The translations under genes were made by a program, and so were the position numbers. Shown one piece after another: positions 11,855 through 21,307 of a stretch of DNA of 64,000 bases. Numbering within the stretch: the stretch's first letter is position 1; each line of letters begins with the position of its first letter. The notes under the pieces were generated by a model. It searched no databases. It saw only the letters and a program-made list of their open reading frames with translations, and was not told where the DNA came from. Origin of the DNA: Gemmatimonadaceae bacterium (GTDB lineage: Bacteria; Gemmatimonadota; Gemmatimonadetes; Gemmatimonadales; Gemmatimonadaceae). The stretch is taken from the NCBI GenBank assembly GCA_051859245.1, contig JBHYGA010000001.1, positions 1,597,722-1,661,721 of the forward strand. The letters are read 5' to 3'.

Positions 11855-12041
11855 CAGAAACCATGGGGAGACGCAATTTCGCTGGCGCCGCCTGCACCGC
11901 AAGGGGCTCATCGTGACGGACAGGACCTGTTTGTGCTCCAGATCACCAGTCGGCGTCTGGCCCTCGATACGATTGACAGCAGTGGCAACGCACATCAGGT
12001 TCGCCGCAGGACATGACGTCTCGCCACTCTCCCACCAAACC

Positions 12042-13619
12042 ATGCCATCCGTCTTCTCACGTCTCATCGACGACTGCCGAACGTCGCTCGTCGCGTCGTC
12101 GCTGTTCGCGACACTCTTGCTGCCGCAGCGATTGGCCGCTCAGGCGCCGTCGACGAGCGCGGCCGCCGCTCAACCCGCCGCCGCGCCGCAGCACGGGGTG
12201 CGACCGCAGCGACTCGTGATTCGCAATGTGATGGTCATCGAGGGGAACGGCACGCCGGCGGAAGGGCCCAAAGACGTGGTGATCGAGGGCAACCGCATTG
12301 TACAGATCGCGAATCTTGATCCGGTCGCCGTACGCGACGGCAGCGCGAGACGGCCGGCGCGCGGTGATGCGGAAATTGATGGCACGGGACACTACGTGAT
12401 GCCCGGGCTCATCAACCTGCACGGGCACGTGCAGGAAGAACGGGGCGGCGTACCACAACCGCTTGAGTATCAGTTGAAGCTGTGGCTTGGCATGGGCATC
12501 ACCACCGTGCGTGATGTCAGCAGCAGCACAGAACGCACGCTGGCGCTACGCGACCGCAGCGCTCGCGGCGAAGTGGCGGCACCGCGACTCTTTGTCTACG
12601 CGCGCTACAACTACATGCCGATTCCGCTCACGGAGGCGGCCACGCGTCAACGCGTGCGTGATCTCAAAGCGATGGGCGCCGACGGTACCAAGTTGTTCGG
12701 CATGGATCGCGAGTTCTACGGGCCGTTGCTGGACGAAGCAAAGAAGGTTGGACTGCGCACCGCACATCACATGGCGGTCGATGAAGCCAACGCGAATGAT
12801 GCCGCAGCGGGCGGACTGACGAGTATCGAACATTGGTATGGTGTACCCGACGCGGCGATTCCCGGCGGCGTGCAGAACTTTCCGCCAGAGTTCAACTACA
12901 GTGATGAGGGCATGCGCTTTCGTCTCGCGGGCCGACTGTGGCGTGAAGCTGATCCGGACAAACTCCAGGACGTTCTGAAGTCGCTGGCCAAAGCCGGTGT
13001 GTCATGGAATCCCACGCTCGACATTTACGAAGCAAGCCGCGATTTGCAGCGCGCGGAATCGCAACCATGGTTCAAGGAATACTTGCATCCCACGCTCGAG
13101 AAGTTCTTTCGACCAGATCCAGCGAGCCATGGTTCGTACTTCGCCAACTGGAGCTCAATTGATGAAACGTTCTGGAAAGAGAACTATCAGATCTGGTTCA
13201 AGGCGTTGCGTGACTTCGAAAGCTACGGCGGCGTGATCGGCGCCGGCGAAGATGCGGGCTTCATCTATCAGGTGTATGGCTTTGGTCTGATTCGTGAGCT
13301 CGAGTTGCATCAGGAAGCGGGCTTTCCCGCGCTCAAGGTGTTGCAGCACGCCACGCAGAACAACGCGCGCATTCTCGGCGAAGAATCACGTCTTGGAAGG
13401 GTGCGCCAGGGACATCTGGCGGATGTGATTGTGGTCAAGGGCAATCCGCTTTCGGATCTCAAAGTGTTCTATCCGCCGCTCGACGGCGCGGCGGCTGGCA
13501 CGAACGCGGGTGTGGCGTGGACCATCAAGGACGGCATTCCGTATGACGCACCGCGCATGCTACGTGAGGTGCGGGAGCTGGTAAGCGCGGCCAAGGCCAA
13601 GACCACGTCGTCGCGCTAA
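12042..13619 (+). CDS. Exported amidohydrolase-family metalloenzyme
   Basis: Signal peptide (..LAAQ), PGLINLHGH metal motif, GITTVRD, SIEH, GEDAG and ADVIVVKGNP. Confidence 0.85.
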   Translation: MPSVFSRLIDDCRTSLVASSLFATLLLPQRLAAQAPSTSAAAAQPAAAPQHGVRPQRLVIRNVMVIEGNGTPAEGPKDVVIEGNRIVQIANLDPVAVRDGSARRPARGDAEIDGTGHYVMPGLINLHGHVQEERGGVPQPLEYQLKLWLGMGITTVRDVSSSTERTLALRDRSARGEVAAPRLFVYARYNYMPIPLTEAATRQRVRDLKAMGADGTKLFGMDREFYGPLLDEAKKVGLRTAHHMAVDEANANDAAAGGLTSIEHWYGVPDAAIPGGVQNFPPEFNYSDEGMRFRLAGRLWREADPDKLQDVLKSLAKAGVSWNPTLDIYEASRDLQRAESQPWFKEYLHPTLEKFFRPDPASHGSYFANWSSIDETFWKENYQIWFKALRDFESYGGVIGAGEDAGFIYQVYGFGLIRELELHQEAGFPALKVLQHATQNNARILGEESRLGRVRQGHLADVIVVKGNPLSDLKVFYPPLDGAAAGTNAGVAWTIKDGIPYDAPRMLREVRELVSAAKAKTTSSR

Positions 13620-13634
13620 CGCGTCGCGCCAGGA

Positions 13635-13665
13635 GGTACTCGCGGGTGTCGCCCCCGCGAGTGCC
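13635..13665. terminator. GC-rich hairpin after the amidohydrolase gene
   Basis: GGTACTCGCGGG / CCCGCGAGTGCC 12-bp stem with one G-U pair; no clear U-tract. Confidence 0.4.
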
Positions 13666-13715
13666 AGCGCGCAGCTAGGTTTCCGGATTCGGATTCCTTA
13701 TCTGCACACGATCGC

Positions 13716-15095
13716 ATGCTTAACCGACTGCACACTATTGGTCCCGACCTGCGCGAGATGGCCCGCATCGCGTGGCCGATTGTGCTGGTCAGCGTTGGCA
13801 TTCAACTCATGGGTGTGGTGGATGCACTCATGGTGGGCCGACTTGGTGGATCGGCCATTGCCTCTGTTGCGCTGGGCAATTTCTACTTCTTCAACATCTC
13901 GATTTTTGGCATCGGGTTGTTGTATGCCATCGATCCGGTGGTGGCCCAGTCGGTTGGCGCCGGCGACAGCGTTGGTGTGGCGCGCGGTGTGCAACGCGGT
14001 ATGGTGCTCGCGATCGCGCTGGCATGTTTGATCATGCTGGCCCTGGCACCGGGTGAGTGGGTGCTCAGCGCGCTGAAACAACCGGATGACGTCATCGAAC
14101 CAACAGCGGCGTACTCGCGACGTCGGCTGTTCGGTGTGTTGCCGTTCCTGCTGTTCAATGTGTGGCGACAAGCCCTGCAAGCGATGGGTCCGGTCCGGCC
14201 GATTGTGTTTGCCGTGCTCGCGGCAAACGCGGTGAATGCGCTGGCCAACTACCTGCTGATTTACGGCAACTTTGGATTTCCTGCACTCGGCGTGGTGGGG
14301 GCAGGGTGGGCAACGGCGATCGCACAGTGGTGCATGGCACTGATGCTGCTCTGGTTTGCGTGGCCGTTATTGCGCGACACGATGCTGCCATGGCGCCCGG
14401 AGGCTCTGCATTGGCCACCGTTGCGTCGCATGATCGGGATCGGCGCACCGATCGGGACGCAGTGGTTCTTTGAGGCGTTCGCGTTCGGCATTACGACGAT
14501 CTTCATGGGATGGATGGGCACCGCGTCGCTCGCCGGACATGAAATTGCACTCAACATGGCGGCGCTCACCTTCATGGTGCCGCTTGGTTTCTCGGGGGCG
14601 GCGGCCGCCGTCGTCGGTCGCGCCATCGGGCGTGGTGATGTGACAACGGCGCGTCGAGATGCCGCGGCTGCGATCGTGTGTGCGGTTGGCTTCATGTGTT
14701 GCAGTGCGGCGGTGTTCGTTGCCGTTCCCACGTGGTTGGCCACGCGCTATACCACCGATGCCGCGACACTCGCCGTTGCGGTGTCACTCATACCGATTGC
14801 GGGTGTGTTTCAGGTGTTCGACGGCACGCAGGCGGTCACGAGCGGTGTGCTTCGCGGCACGGGAGACACGCGCATTCCGGCGATTCTGCACATGGTCGCG
14901 TTCTGGGGCGTGGGAATTCCACTCGGTGTCACGCTCGGCTTTTTTACGCCGTTGCGTGAGCGTGGATTGTGGTGGGGGCTCACGGCCGGCCTGGCGTCCG
15001 CCGCCATTCTGCAAACATGGCGCGTGCGCGTGCGACTGCGCGGTGACATTTCGCGTGTGCTGATCGACGACGCAAAAGGCGCGAAAACTGCGTGA
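13716..15095 (+). CDS. MATE family efflux transporter (NorM-like)
   Basis: About 12 TM segments, VD..MVGRLG, GNFGFPALGVVGAG.AT, FQVFDG.Q...GVLRG.GDT. Confidence 0.93.
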   Translation: MLNRLHTIGPDLREMARIAWPIVLVSVGIQLMGVVDALMVGRLGGSAIASVALGNFYFFNISIFGIGLLYAIDPVVAQSVGAGDSVGVARGVQRGMVLAIALACLIMLALAPGEWVLSALKQPDDVIEPTAAYSRRRLFGVLPFLLFNVWRQALQAMGPVRPIVFAVLAANAVNALANYLLIYGNFGFPALGVVGAGWATAIAQWCMALMLLWFAWPLLRDTMLPWRPEALHWPPLRRMIGIGAPIGTQWFFEAFAFGITTIFMGWMGTASLAGHEIALNMAALTFMVPLGFSGAAAAVVGRAIGRGDVTTARRDAAAAIVCAVGFMCCSAAVFVAVPTWLATRYTTDAATLAVAVSLIPIAGVFQVFDGTQAVTSGVLRGTGDTRIPAILHMVAFWGVGIPLGVTLGFFTPLRERGLWWGLTAGLASAAILQTWRVRVRLRGDISRVLIDDAKGAKTA

Positions 15096-15107
15096 GTTTT
15101 CGCGCCT
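15074..15107 (-). terminator. Intrinsic terminator between the convergent MATE and EIIA genes
   Basis: Perfect 13-bp stem AGGCGCGAAAACT / AGTTTTCGCGCCT; short T-run follows on the minus strand. Confidence 0.7.
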
Positions 15108-15136
15108 AGTGAGCGGGCTATTGACGTTGCGAAGCT

Positions 15137-15589
15137 CTAGATCTTCTTCTCTTCGAGCAGCGCCATGAAGTCGGCCGGCGTCGGCAGCGTCATCAATCGG
15201 CCCGGCACATCGGGTTCCTTGCTGAACTGCGCGATTTTGCCGAGCACAGGCAGATACTGATTGGACACCTCGAGTGGCGGCGCCACAATCAGGAACATGA
15301 AGTGCACGGGCTTGTCGTCAATCGCCTTGAAATCGAGGCCAGTGGCCTTGCGACCAAATGCCACGCGCAGCCGGTTCACCACCAGCGAGCGGCAGTGCGG
15401 GATGGCGATGCCGCGGCCAATTCCCGTGGAGCCGAGATTTTCGCGGCGCTTGAGCATTTTGAAGAGCATCCCCTCGGCCTTTTCGTCGAGCTTAAGGAGG
15501 GAGATGAGTTCCTTCAGTACTTCGTCCTTCGTTGTGCCTTCGAGCTCAAGCTTGACGGCATCTTCGGAAAAGAATTCACGGAGTTCCAT
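15137..15589 (-). CDS. Stand-alone PTS EIIA (Ntr/Fru-type) protein
   Basis: RENLGSTGIGRGIAIPHCR with the phospho-His; GLDFKAIDDKPV. Start at the ATG at 15589. Confidence 0.92.
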   Translation of the reverse strand: MELREFFSEDAVKLELEGTTKDEVLKELISLLKLDEKAEGMLFKMLKRRENLGSTGIGRGIAIPHCRSLVVNRLRVAFGRKATGLDFKAIDDKPVHFMFLIVAPPLEVSNQYLPVLGKIAQFSKEPDVPGRLMTLPTPADFMALLEEKKI

Positions 15590-15669
15590 AGCCTTCAATG
15601 CTAACCGTAGGCGACCACATGTCAAACCGCCGCGTTGCCCGCTACGCCGAACTCGGCTAACTTTGTAAA
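15590..15669. promoter_or_regulatory. Divergent sigma70 promoters of EIIA and dusB, both leaderless-type
   Basis: Minus strand: TTGACA(15625-15620)-N16-TAGCAT(15603-15598)-N8-ATG. Plus strand: TTGCCC(15635-15640)-N17-TAACTT(15658-15663)-N6-GTG. Confidence 0.6.
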
Positions 15670-16719
15670 GTGAGCAAAGTCAAGACGTTCCCGTATCCGG
15701 TGCCCCATGCGGTGCCGATTTTTCTGGCGCCGATGGCGGGCGTGTCGGAATCTCCGTTCCGTCGGCTGTGCCGTGCGCATGGCGCGGACGTCGTGGTCAC
15801 GGAGTTCCTGTCGGCCGAAGGCATTCGCCGCGAGAACGAGGCCACGCTGTCCAAGCTGCGCTTCTCCGCAGACGAACGCACTATCGGTGTGCAGATCTTC
15901 GGTGCCGATCCGGCCGCGATGGCCGACGCCGCCGCGCTCGTGACCGATGTGTTTCAGCCAGAGTTTGTGGACATCAACTTTGGCTGCCCGGTCAAGAAGG
16001 TGGTCAAGCGCAACGGTGGCTCCGGCTGCCTGCGTGACCTTTCCTTGGTGCGCGACGTAATCAAGGCGGTGTCCGCCGCCACGCACCTGCCGGTCACGGT
16101 CAAGGTGCGCAGCGGATGGAACGAAGAGATGCGGGATCCGGTGAAAATCGGACTCGTATGTCAGGACGCCGGTGCTCGTGTGCTCACGTTGCACGCGCGC
16201 ACACGCACGCAGATGTACACCGGCAAGGCCAACTGGGATGAGATCGCGGCCGTTGCTGAGGCGCTGGATATTCCGGTGGTTGGCAACGGCGACATCAAGT
16301 CACCGGAAGACGTGGTGCGCATGTACGAGCATACGCGCGCCAGCGGCATCATGGTGGGCCGCGGATCGTTCGGACAGCCGTGGATATTCAATCAGGCACG
16401 CGCGCTGCTGGACGGTCTGCCAGTGCCGCAAACGCCCGGCGTGGAGGAGCGCTTTCGCGTGGCGCTCGACCACATGCGTATGGTGCAGGAATATGAGGCT
16501 GATCCCGATGGAGCGGCGTACGAGTTCCGCAAGCACCTCGGCTGGTACGTGAAGGGGCTGTTCAACTCGGCGGATCTGCGCAAGAAGTTGCACCAGGTGA
16601 CGTCGTTCAGTCAGGTCGAAGACATCTTCACCGACTACCTCTCGGATCATGGTGATCGGGCGCGGGTATTGACGGGGGTAGGCGATTCCAACGAAGTTGA
16701 AGTGCACGAGGCGGCGTAG
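15670..16719 (+). CDS. dusB: tRNA-dihydrouridine synthase B
   Basis: LAPMAG, QIFG, DINFGCPVKKV, HARTR, NGDI and RKHLGWY. Confidence 0.94.
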   Translation: MSKVKTFPYPVPHAVPIFLAPMAGVSESPFRRLCRAHGADVVVTEFLSAEGIRRENEATLSKLRFSADERTIGVQIFGADPAAMADAAALVTDVFQPEFVDINFGCPVKKVVKRNGGSGCLRDLSLVRDVIKAVSAATHLPVTVKVRSGWNEEMRDPVKIGLVCQDAGARVLTLHARTRTQMYTGKANWDEIAAVAEALDIPVVGNGDIKSPEDVVRMYEHTRASGIMVGRGSFGQPWIFNQARALLDGLPVPQTPGVEERFRVALDHMRMVQEYEADPDGAAYEFRKHLGWYVKGLFNSADLRKKLHQVTSFSQVEDIFTDYLSDHGDRARVLTGVGDSNEVEVHEAA

Positions 16720-16781
16720 TCGGCTCGTGTGATGTCAGGGTGGTGAGCTTGTTGGCACAGGCGTAGGACCGTTCGATAACC

Positions 16782-17140
16782 GGGGGTGCACTGGTTTCGA
16801 CGGGTTTGGTGAAGCTGTGGCTGCGTGTCCAGGTCCTCGGGCTCCTGGTAAAACACCTGGGAAACCATTAAACGCCAACAACAACCTGGCGCTCGCCGCG
16901 TAACTTTCGAGTTACCGCTGGCAGTGCTACTCGAGGAGCCCGCCCGGGGCGCTTCGTGTAGTATCGCAAATCTGGGCTAGCATTACGGCGTGTTGCCCGT
17001 CGTAGCGCGAAACAATAGGTGACTTGTCTGCGAGTGGGCTTCCCATTGGCCAGCGCGCGGAGACCTCAATCAATGGGATACACACGTAGACGCTGTGGTA
17101 GATCCAAGCTCGGACAGGGGTTCGATTCCCCTCACCTCCA
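16782..17140 (+). ncRNA. ssrA: tmRNA; tag peptide (A)ANNNLALAA encoded at 16874-16903
   Basis: 5' end GGGGGTGCACTGGTTTCGAC; 3' T-arm GGGTTCGATTCCC and acceptor CACCTCCA with a G3-U pair; resume region ATTAAAC-GCC, tag ending LAA-stop. Confidence 0.96.
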
Positions 17141-17152
17141 CTTGGTATGCAC

Positions 17153-17192
17153 AAACGCCCCGACGGCCTGAGCTGTCGGGGCGATTGTGTTT
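17153..17192. terminator. Terminator between ssrA and convergent ppdK
   Basis: Stem CGCCCCGACGGC / GCTGTCGGGGCG with a 4-nt loop and A-rich/T-rich flanks. Confidence 0.75.
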
Positions 17193-17205
17193 GATTGCGT
17201 ACGTG

Positions 17206-19869
17206 TCAGCTGTCGAGCGCAGCGTGCGCCGCCGCCAGTCGTGCCACCGGCACACGAAATGGCGAGCAGGATACGTAGTCGAGCCCGGCGTCATGGCAGA
17301 AACGCACGGAGCGTGGTTCACCGCCGTGTTCGCCGCAAATGCCCAACTTCAGCGAAGGGCGTGTGGCTCGTCCGTCAGCAATCGCCATCTTGACGAGTTT
17401 GCCAACGCCCTTCACATCGAGCACCTGAAACGGATCGTCTTCAAGAATTCCCTTTTCGAGATAGAAGGGAAGGAAGCGTCCCGCGTCATCGCGGCTGAGA
17501 CCGAGCGTGGTCTGCGTCAAATCGTTGGTGCCAAACGAAAAGAAGTCGGCAACACGCGCGATTTCATCGGCGGTAAGTGCGGCGCGCGGCAACTCAATCA
17601 TGGTGCCGACAAGGTACGGCACATGTTCATCCATCGCGCCCATCACTTGCTGCGCCGCGTGTTCAATCACGGCACGCTGATGCTCGAGTTCGCGCGCGGT
17701 GGCAACAAGTGGCACCATGATTTCCGGCATGACATCAAACCCGCGACGCTTGGCACGCACGGCTGCCTCAAAAATGGCGCGCGCCTGCATCTCGGTGATT
17801 TCCGGATACGTGATGCCCAGACGGCAACCACGATGTCCAAGCATTGGATTGCTCTCGCGCAACGCCTCAACGATCGCCGACAATGCCGGTCGGCTGATGC
17901 CGAGCGTATTGGCCAGCTTCTTGGATTCTTCACCACCGTGCGGGAGAAACTCGTGCAATGGCGGATCCAGCAACCGGATTGTGACCGGGCACCCATGCAT
18001 TGCTTCAAAGATGCCTTCAAAATCTGCGCGCTGCATCGGCAACAGTTTGTCGAGCGCACGACGACGTCCACCTTCATCACGCGCCACGATCATCTCGCGC
18101 ATCGATGAAATGCGATCGCCTTCAAAGAACATGTGTTCAGTACGACACAAGCCAATGCCTTCGGCGCCGAACGCGCGCGCGAGTCGCGCATCACGCGGCG
18201 TGTCGGCATTGGCGCGTACTTTGAGTCGACGCACTTCGTCGGCCCAGCCCATGAGCTCGTCGAATGCCCGATACACCGGTGCGTCGGCGGCGCGCTGTGC
18301 ACCGGCCACCACGCGCATGACTTCACTCGGCAGCGTGGGAAGATCGCCGGTGAATACGCGGCCGGTTTCACCATCGAGCGTGAGCCAGTCGCCCTCATTG
18401 ACCGTGACGTCTCCCACGGTAAATCGACGTTCACCGCGTGGGATGATCATTTCGGTGGCGCCCACGATCGCGCACTTGCCCATACCACGCGCCACAACAG
18501 CCGCGTGACTGGTCATGCCACCGCGCGTGGTGAGAATCGCCCGTGCGGCCACCATGCCGTGGAAATCTTCCGGTGTGGTTTCTTCACGAACAAGAATCAC
18601 CGCTTCGCCGCGCTGCGCACGTGACTCGGCTTCGTCAGGATCGAACACGGCGACACCACTCGCTGCACCAGGACTCGCCGGCAACCCATGCGCGATCGGG
18701 GAAGCGCGAACGGCCGGATCGATCACTCGGTGCAAGAGCTGATCCAACTGACGCGGGTGCAAACGACGCACCGCCGTGGTGGTATCGATCACGCCTTCGC
18801 GCACCATATCAGTGGCGATACGCAACGCGGCCGGCGTGGTGCGTTTACCCGTTCGCGTTTGCAACAAATACAAACGTCCGCGTTCCACCGTGAATTCGAT
18901 GTCTTGCATGTCACGGTAGTGCCGCTCGAGCAGCGCCTGCGTTTCCATCAGCTGCGTGTACGCGGCCGGCAATCGTTCCGCCATCTGATCGATGTGCAAC
19001 GGTGTGCGAATACCAGCAACAACGTCTTCACCCTGGGCGTTGATCAGAAACTCACCGTAGAACCGATGTTCGCCAGTGCTCGGATCTCGCGTGAATGCAA
19101 CGCCGGTGCCGGAGTCATCACCCATGTTGCCGAACACCATCGCCATCACGTTCACGCCTGTGCCAAGCGTATCGGGAATCTCGTTCACACGCCGGTAGTC
19201 AACCGCTTTCTTCAGCGTCCACGAACTCCACACTGCCTCAATCGCTCCCCAGAGCTGCACGCGCGGATCGGTGGGAAACGGCTGACCAGTGGTGTGCTCA
19301 ACCAGATCGAGATATTCATGCGTGAGCGCCTCGAGCGATTCAGCATCGAGGTCTGCATCGGTCGCAGCATGTTTGGTGAGACGTTTGGCCGCGAGCAAAT
19401 GCTCAAACTGTTCAAACGGCACATGCAGCACCACGTCGCCATACATCTGGATAAAGCGGCGATATGAGTCCCATGCAAACCGTGGGTTGCCGCTCGCTTT
19501 CGCGAGACCAACGGTGGTTTCGTGATTGAGACCGAGGTTCAGAATGGTCTCCATCATGCCGGGCATGCTGACGGCCGCGCCCGAGCGCACGCTCACTAAA
19601 AGCGGCATGCTCGGGTCTCCGAATCGTTTGTCCCCCGCTTGTTCGAGGCGCGCGAGCGCGGCGTCAACTTCAGCCCGCAGCTCCTCGGACACACCGCCGT
19701 GCTCTAGATACTCAAGACACTGACTGCAGGCGATCGTGAATCCCGGTGGAACGGGCACGCCGAGATTCACCATCTCCGCGAGGTTTGCTCCCTTTCCACC
19801 CAGGACCGATTTCATTTCACGCGTGCCGTCGGCCGCGCCATTCCCAAAGAAGTAAACCGAACGTGTCAC
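17206..19869 (-). CDS. ppdK: Pyruvate, phosphate dikinase
   Basis: LGGKGANLAEM, SVRSGA..SMPGMM, GGMTSHAAVVAR (phospho-His), GLCRTEHMF, GICGEHGG. Confidence 0.98.
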   Translation of the reverse strand: MTRSVYFFGNGAADGTREMKSVLGGKGANLAEMVNLGVPVPPGFTIACSQCLEYLEHGGVSEELRAEVDAALARLEQAGDKRFGDPSMPLLVSVRSGAAVSMPGMMETILNLGLNHETTVGLAKASGNPRFAWDSYRRFIQMYGDVVLHVPFEQFEHLLAAKRLTKHAATDADLDAESLEALTHEYLDLVEHTTGQPFPTDPRVQLWGAIEAVWSSWTLKKAVDYRRVNEIPDTLGTGVNVMAMVFGNMGDDSGTGVAFTRDPSTGEHRFYGEFLINAQGEDVVAGIRTPLHIDQMAERLPAAYTQLMETQALLERHYRDMQDIEFTVERGRLYLLQTRTGKRTTPAALRIATDMVREGVIDTTTAVRRLHPRQLDQLLHRVIDPAVRASPIAHGLPASPGAASGVAVFDPDEAESRAQRGEAVILVREETTPEDFHGMVAARAILTTRGGMTSHAAVVARGMGKCAIVGATEMIIPRGERRFTVGDVTVNEGDWLTLDGETGRVFTGDLPTLPSEVMRVVAGAQRAADAPVYRAFDELMGWADEVRRLKVRANADTPRDARLARAFGAEGIGLCRTEHMFFEGDRISSMREMIVARDEGGRRRALDKLLPMQRADFEGIFEAMHGCPVTIRLLDPPLHEFLPHGGEESKKLANTLGISRPALSAIVEALRESNPMLGHRGCRLGITYPEITEMQARAIFEAAVRAKRRGFDVMPEIMVPLVATARELEHQRAVIEHAAQQVMGAMDEHVPYLVGTMIELPRAALTADEIARVADFFSFGTNDLTQTTLGLSRDDAGRFLPFYLEKGILEDDPFQVLDVKGVGKLVKMAIADGRATRPSLKLGICGEHGGEPRSVRFCHDAGLDYVSCSPFRVPVARLAAAHAALDS

Positions 19870-19898
19870 GTGTGCTCCAAAGGGGAAAAAACAGGCGT

Positions 19899-21293
19899 TC
19901 AGATTGCGCCGACGGGCCCTCCTCCTGCACGGAGAAGTTCGGGCTCAGAAGGAATCGCGGTAGGATAGCGACCCGAGAAGCAGGCGTGACAGTAGCCCGA
20001 CGGTCCGTTTGGAACAGCCGAGAGCATACCGTTCAGCGACAGATAACCCAACGAGTCAACGCCCAAATGACGAGCCAGTTCCTCTTGTGTCATACTGGCC
20101 GCGATCAACTCCTCACGACGAGGCGTATCGATGCCGTAATAACAGGGACTGATAATCGGTGCACTGGAAACTCGCATGTGCACTTCACGCGCACCAGCCG
20201 CACGAACAAGAGAAACCAATCCGCGAGTGGTTGTCCCTCGAACGATTGAGTCGTCCACCATGACCACGGACTTGCCTTCGATCAGCTCGCGCACCGGGTT
20301 GTACTTCACTTTCACCTTGGCGTCGCGACCGGCCTGCGTTGGCTGAATGAACGTGCGACCCACATAGTGATTGCGAATGAGCGCGAACTCAAACGGAATG
20401 CCCGACTCCTCCGCAAAGCCGAGCGCGGCCGAGTTTGATGAGTCTGGTACGGCGAATACCAGGTCGGCCTGCGGTGCAGGGCACTCCTGCGCGAGCTGCC
20501 GACCAAGCGCCCGTCGAGCGCGGTGCACGGAATCACCAAACACGTTGCTGTCGGGTCGCGCAAAATACACATGCTCGAACACGCAACGGTTGAGTTCGGC
20601 AGGCGCAACGGCCTGAATCGTGCGCAATCCGAATCGATCAATCGCCACGATTTCACCGGGGGCGACATCACGCACGAAGGTCGCGCCGACGATATCCAGT
20701 CCACACGTTTCCGAACTGACGACCCACGCTTCACCCAGCTTACCAATAGCGAGTGGTCGCCAACCGTGCGGATCGCGTGCGGCGAGAAATGTGTCGTCAA
20801 TCACAACCAACAAGCAATACGCACCTTCCACACCGTTGAGCGCGTGTGCGAGCCGCTCTTCCGGGATCACACCGGGCGCGCGTGCGATGCGATGCACAAT
20901 CGCTTCCGAATCCATCGACGACGTGAAGATCGCACCAACCTCTTCGAGGTCGCGTCGAAGTTCAACGGCGTTGGTGAGATTGCCGTTGTGCGCCAGCGCC
21001 AGATGCCCTTTGCGTACGCGCGCAAGAATCGGCTGCGCGTTTTCAATGGCAGATGCGCCGGCGGTTGAGTATCGCGTATGCCCAACGGCAATTGGTCCGT
21101 TGAGCGCGCGCATGGACTCGTCGCCAAATCCCTCGGACACGAGACCCATGGTGCGACGCAAGCTGGCAACACCCGTATCATCAACCGCGACAATACCGGC
21201 CGATTCCTGACCACGATGCTGCAGTGAATAGAGGCCCAACTGCGTCAGCGCTGCCGCGTTGGGATGACCGTACACGCCGAATATGCCACACAT
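19899..21293 (-). CDS. purF: Amidophosphoribosyltransferase
   Basis: N-terminal MCGI, QHRGQE, GHTRYST, HNGNL and VDDSIVRGTT. Confidence 0.98.
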   Translation of the reverse strand: MCGIFGVYGHPNAAALTQLGLYSLQHRGQESAGIVAVDDTGVASLRRTMGLVSEGFGDESMRALNGPIAVGHTRYSTAGASAIENAQPILARVRKGHLALAHNGNLTNAVELRRDLEEVGAIFTSSMDSEAIVHRIARAPGVIPEERLAHALNGVEGAYCLLVVIDDTFLAARDPHGWRPLAIGKLGEAWVVSSETCGLDIVGATFVRDVAPGEIVAIDRFGLRTIQAVAPAELNRCVFEHVYFARPDSNVFGDSVHRARRALGRQLAQECPAPQADLVFAVPDSSNSAALGFAEESGIPFEFALIRNHYVGRTFIQPTQAGRDAKVKVKYNPVRELIEGKSVVMVDDSIVRGTTTRGLVSLVRAAGAREVHMRVSSAPIISPCYYGIDTPRREELIAASMTQEELARHLGVDSLGYLSLNGMLSAVPNGPSGYCHACFSGRYPTAIPSEPELLRAGGGPVGAI

Positions 21294-21307
21294 GAGAGTG
21301 AGTTCCG

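Noticed and set aside
16927..17154. 75-aa minus-strand ORF
   Set aside because: It is the antisense of the tmRNA gene.
17140..17206. Prophage or island integrated at ssrA
   Set aside because: No integrase, att duplication or compositional shift; ppdK follows immediately.
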